Part shown: positions 60,253-64,000 of the stretch, piece by piece
Position numbering within the stretch: position 1 is the first letter of the stretch
How the letters are laid out: each line of letters begins with the position of its first letter
Source of the DNA: Methanotrichaceae archaeon
Lineage (GTDB): Archaea > Halobacteriota > Methanosarcinia > Methanotrichales > Methanotrichaceae
Assembly (NCBI GenBank): GCA_963748825.1
Contig: CAVVKN010000018.1
Span: forward strand, 1 to 64,000
Length of the DNA stretch: 64,000 nucleotides
Direction of reading: 5' to 3'
Program-made: the position numbers and the translations under genes
The notes under the pieces: generated by a model
Seen by the model: the letters and a program-made list of their open reading frames with translations, nothing else
Databases searched by the model: none
Told to the model about the DNA's origin: nothing

Positions 60253-60692
60253 ACCTGACAATTGATGCCAGCGTCTTTGTCTCTGCAGTCCGACCTTCTG
60301 AAAAACAATATCCTCTGAGCTACGGGTTTCTGCATAGGGTGAAAGGATCAAAAATATTCTGCCCCACTTTTATGCTTGCTGAGTGTGGAGCAGCTATTGC
60401 CAGGCCGACCGGAGACTCGCTTTTGTCCGGGAGGCTGGTTAACCTCATAAAGCATTTTCCTGGGATGACACAGGTTCCTTTGGATCTGCCTCTCGCTCTT
60501 CGTGCGACAGAGATTGCCATTGAAAATCGTCTTCGTGGCGCGGATGCCGTTTATGTTGCTGTTGCTGAGGATTTTGATGCCGTTTTGGTTTCATGAGATG
60601 AAGAAATGTTAGAGCGCTGTCCCGAATCAGTGCTAGCGATGAGCCCTGAAAAATGGCTGGAAAACACCTCAAGAACTGGCGGGCGGGAATAA
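60249..60692 (+). pseudogene. VapC PIN-domain toxin with premature TGA at 60594-60596
   Basis: IDASVFV, LRGADAVYVA, LVS*DEEM; the frame continues for 31 codons after the stop. Confidence 0.8.
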
Positions 60693-60735
60693 GATCATTT
60701 CAGGTAGAATCTCCGACTAAGCAATACTTGTCGAT

Positions 60736-60925
60736 TACCGGCAGCAGCGCCGGGCAGCCGCAGGGCCGTGGTTGCTGCCGGCGCTCGGCTCCCGGCTGCG
60801 TTCCTGGCCGCCTGTGGGCCGGGTCGTCCGGGCTTGCGGCGCTGTTGTCAGGGCGGGCTGGCTTACCAGGCAAGCGATCTTGTCCGGGGCAGTGGGAAGG
60901 ACGGGCCTGGTTTCTGGTGGCGCTT
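60736..60925 (+). repeat. GC-rich interspersed repeat, copy C
   Basis: Same core as copies A, B and D. Confidence 0.85.
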
Positions 60926-61003
60926 ATGTTCGGATAGGGAGACTTTTCGGGCGCCGACTAAGAGAGTTAGGAAACCAGAAATCGCTAAAAGAACGAATCT
61001 GAA

Positions 61004-61525
61004 TTATTTAAATAAATCTATATCAACTGGCAGACCTACTCTCATGAAAAATCTTGCAAAAGCCTGAGACAAATGCTCTCTATAAGGAGGCAACAGCCTT
61101 AGTCTCTTGCCATTACGTTTGGACAATTCAATCAGGAAATCCAAAGGAACGCCGTAGACGTTCCTGAAATCCACCACTTGAAAATCTGTTTCAAATCCTT
61201 CTAATTCGCATCTGTTTAAGAGATGGTATCCAGAAAGGTTTCCCTGGCGCAGCGATTCTTTGCCTTTCCGGCTCTTGAAGAAATCGTTTTCGGATCCCAT
61301 TTCACTGATTGGCCAAATGGGACTTACCAGGACGTTATCCAGCTTGTGATGAGCAAGATCGCAGGACTGGCTCATAACAATCACATCATATTCGATTATC
61401 TCTGCTGAAATTCTTCCTTCCCCAATTGATGAAGATGGAACGATGACCGGACATGAAGTCATAAAATCGCCCTGCATGAGAGTTTCGTCTGCATCAGCGA
61501 TATCGTACCAGGGATAGTCTCTCAT
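61004..61525 (-). CDS. Hypothetical protein, possible PemK/MazF-like fold
   Basis: QGD, VIVMSQSCDL, VLVSPI, VDFR, RLRL..PYREHL. Confidence 0.7.
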   Translation of the reverse strand: MRDYPWYDIADADETLMQGDFMTSCPVIVPSSSIGEGRISAEIIEYDVIVMSQSCDLAHHKLDNVLVSPIWPISEMGSENDFFKSRKGKESLRQGNLSGYHLLNRCELEGFETDFQVVDFRNVYGVPLDFLIELSKRNGKRLRLLPPYREHLSQAFARFFMRVGLPVDIDLFK

Positions 61526-61542
61526 GAAACCAAAAACATTGG

Positions 61543-61833
61543 CTAGATAGCCTCGGGCAATACAATCTTTGGTTTTGCCTTGGTGATATCTCTTACATCG
61601 ATCTCTACAAAATATCTTTTTTTGGGCGGCATGCGAACTACTACGTCATATTCTATTGAATCTTCAAGATTGGTTTTATTAGCAAATGCTTCCTTTGAAT
61701 CAACCTTCTCTTTGGTCGCCGATTGTGGATATGGTTTGGATTGGCTGACAGACATGAGTGTCCTCTCTATTAATTGCATGTTGCTTCTTAGAATATATCC
61801 CTTTGCCAGGAATATAATTTTTATGTTCTTCAT
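61543..61833 (-). CDS. Small hypothetical protein upstream of 61004-61525 (start uncertain)
   Basis: Co-oriented, 17-bp gap to the downstream gene. Confidence 0.5.
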   Translation of the reverse strand: MKNIKIIFLAKGYILRSNMQLIERTLMSVSQSKPYPQSATKEKVDSKEAFANKTNLEDSIEYDVVVRMPPKKRYFVEIDVRDITKAKPKIVLPEAI

Positions 61834-61854
61834 CTAGTGACAGGTAGTAGCAAG

Positions 61855-62575
61855 GCCAGGCGGGCCCGCATGCACGCGTGCAGGCTCGCGCTCGGGGGCA
61901 GGGGGCCGGTCGGGCCTGAGGGCCTGGTGTGCTTGCTTCCGGTGGGGGGAGTTTTTCCTGGCGCTGGATTTCGGGAAACAATGTCGTCAGTTTGCGATTA
62001 ATATTAGCTGATAATTATAAACAGACAACTAACGGTCCCACCACAGAGGCACAGAGCGCACAGAGGACTCACAGAGACATTTTTGGCAGAGAGATACGAT
62101 GCAGTCTCCATCTTTGCGATCCTTGCGCGCTACCGGCAGCAGCGCCGGGCAGCCGCGGACCGTGGTTGCTGCCGATGCTCGTGGTCCCGGCTGCGCTCTT
62201 GGCCGCCTGCCCGTGGTCCGGGCCGTCCGGGACTGCGGCGCAATCGTCAGGGCAGGCAGGAGCCCGGTCGGGCCTGAGAGCCAGGTGGCGCTGGACTCCG
62301 GCGGAGGCAATTTTCAGGATGCTGGGTTTTAGGAAACTGTGGTGATTCGCGGTTACTATTAGATGATAATTATAGCCGAACAATTACGAATATAACCGCA
62401 GAGGCGCAGAGCACGCGGAGGACGAACGAACGGAGACGACTATTGCTCAGGAGCAGTGCACTTTTCTGAATGTGGTTGCTGCCGGCGCTCGGGTCCCGGC
62501 TGCGTTCGTGCCGCCGCCTGTGGGCCGGGCCGTCCGGGCTTGCTGCGCTTATTGTCAGGGCGGGCTGGCTTGCAC
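61855..62575 (+). repeat. Cluster of GC-rich repeat copies: 3' half (about 61895-62075), full copy D (62100-62455), partial copy E (62472-62575)
   Basis: ccggtcgggcctgag...tgataattata...cagaggc.cagagc; core gtggttgctgccg repeated. Confidence 0.85.
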
Positions 62576-62884
62576 GCTCGGGCACCCACGCGCGCGGGGA
62601 GACTGCCACCGATGGCCGCTCGGCGGGCGTGGGCTGTACATAGGGCGGGGCAGCTAGAAGAACGCCAGGCTTGGCGTCGTCAGCTAATCTGGATATGCTT
62701 ACCAGCTACAAGCGAGCTCTATCGTTCATGAGGCAATAGTGCTCCGAAGAATTGAGACCGGCGAGTATTGTGGATTACGATTCATCATAGATAATTGGGT
62801 CATTCTCCTTTATATCTCATTGCTTCAAAAATATCCTAACTATATGAAAATTGGATATAATTATAAACATATTATGAATTATTT

Positions 62885-63958
62885 TTATCTTCTTTTCTTT
62901 AAATAGGCTAATATTCCTGGTATCTCCTCTAAATCTTCCGCCCAAATCGTATTTAAACCTAATTCTTGGTAAGACTTTTCTTGCAGCTCCTCATTCACAT
63001 TTGTAAATGAATAAAAAACATTTCCCCTCACGTTGTTTGGATTATGTTCAAATATTGTTCTAGGCAATATGACAAAATGCCTAGGATATTCGCTATTAGA
63101 CGCGGATATAGCAAGAAGTCTACGGAGGTTGGGATCATTTAGGGATAATCCGACCATAACACATGTTGATTCACGTAGAAAATTAAGTTGAATAATATTC
63201 TGCCAAGAATATGGATTCAATAGAAGTGAATGATATCCTTCTTCTGAAAATACTAAAAGACTCTGCGATAATTTTTCATCATCTTCTATTTCATATGGTA
63301 GGAATCCGTGCACGTGATAAATGCCCAATTCGTCCTGTGAAGGGATGTCTGGCTCCCTGTAGATGGAAACGCAATCTATTCCTTTTTCAGTTAGAACCTT
63401 TTCGAATACATCATCGAAATTGTATGTAACAACAGCCCTTACACCACCTCTATTGCTTCTCCTAGGCAAACATAATTGAGATAGGACCTCTAAGGATTCA
63501 GGCCAATGGTCATTAGGTTTTTTGAAATTTTTATACAAAATTTTCGATATTATTTTGATAAAATCCTTTCCAAGACCTGTCCTAATGTATCTTGCCTGAA
63601 GCAGAGGAGATGTATCATTCTCCGTTTTTAATTTTTTTAATATAGCACCTCGTTCCGAATTGTCAACAACTATTGATTTTTCAGCGAGCTTTTCGCTTAT
63701 CATCTCTACAAGCAAGTTTGAAATCAATGTGTCCCAGAGTGGAATTCCAACATCATTGGATATCCCTGAACCCAAAAATAACACAACGCCTTTATCTTTA
63801 TATAATTCGGTTAAACGATTGATATTTTCCTTCTTTTTTTCAATTCTCTCTTCAGAAGTTCGTTCCAAGCTTTTAGTGATTGTATCATTTAAGGCCAATT
63901 CAGATAATTCTTTCAATGAATTTATCGTCTCGAATGAATTGGCTTTCATAATATGCAA
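62885..63958 (-). CDS. SIR2-like (SIR2_2) domain protein, probable anti-viral defence NADase
   Basis: LFLGSGIS...GIPLW, VTYNFDD, YHVHGFL, VGLSLNDPNL; low GC. Confidence 0.85.
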   Translation of the reverse strand: MHIMKANSFETINSLKELSELALNDTITKSLERTSEERIEKKKENINRLTELYKDKGVVLFLGSGISNDVGIPLWDTLISNLLVEMISEKLAEKSIVVDNSERGAILKKLKTENDTSPLLQARYIRTGLGKDFIKIISKILYKNFKKPNDHWPESLEVLSQLCLPRRSNRGGVRAVVTYNFDDVFEKVLTEKGIDCVSIYREPDIPSQDELGIYHVHGFLPYEIEDDEKLSQSLLVFSEEGYHSLLLNPYSWQNIIQLNFLRESTCVMVGLSLNDPNLRRLLAISASNSEYPRHFVILPRTIFEHNPNNVRGNVFYSFTNVNEELQEKSYQELGLNTIWAEDLEEIPGILAYLKKRR

Positions 63959-64000
63959 TAGATCTTCTAAGTCCCATAATTTTAACTTTATATTACTTTT

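Noticed and set aside
58854-62575. CRISPR array
   Set aside because: Repeats are 100-315 bp, degenerate and separated by whole genes; no cas genes
58821-62731. Many 60-140 aa ORFs overlapping the GC-rich repeats
   Set aside because: Stop-poor GC-rich sequence; frames are not preserved among copies and the composition is Arg/Ala/Pro/Gly-biased

Overview
Archaeal DNA, most likely from a Methanothrix (Methanosaeta)-like methanogen. This is inferred from the archaeal hpt, DUF357, winged-helix and MNT-HEPN genes and a tRNA without encoded CCA. Bases 1-31 kb hold an IS element that truncates a large hypothetical gene, an MNT-HEPN pair, two decayed copies of a wHTH regulator module and an IS200/IS605-like hairpin element. 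The same stretch has housekeeping and metabolic genes (trehalose otsAB/treT cluster, GlcD/GlcF-like oxidoreductase), tRNA-Gly(CCC) and several pseudogenes. The main feature is a ~27 kb, apparently intact, single-strand operon (31424-58338) for an extracellular contractile injection system (eCIS, Afp/PVC-like phage tail). It carries three tandem DUF4157 polymorphic effectors with different C-termini: OmpA-like peptidoglycan-binding, caspase-like His/Cys, and His-rich nuclease-like. Directly downstream (58.6-64 kb) is an array of toxin-antitoxin and defence genes separated by copies of a structured GC-rich repeat, ending in a SIR2-domain gene. All family assignments come from motif recognition by eye, not from database searches.
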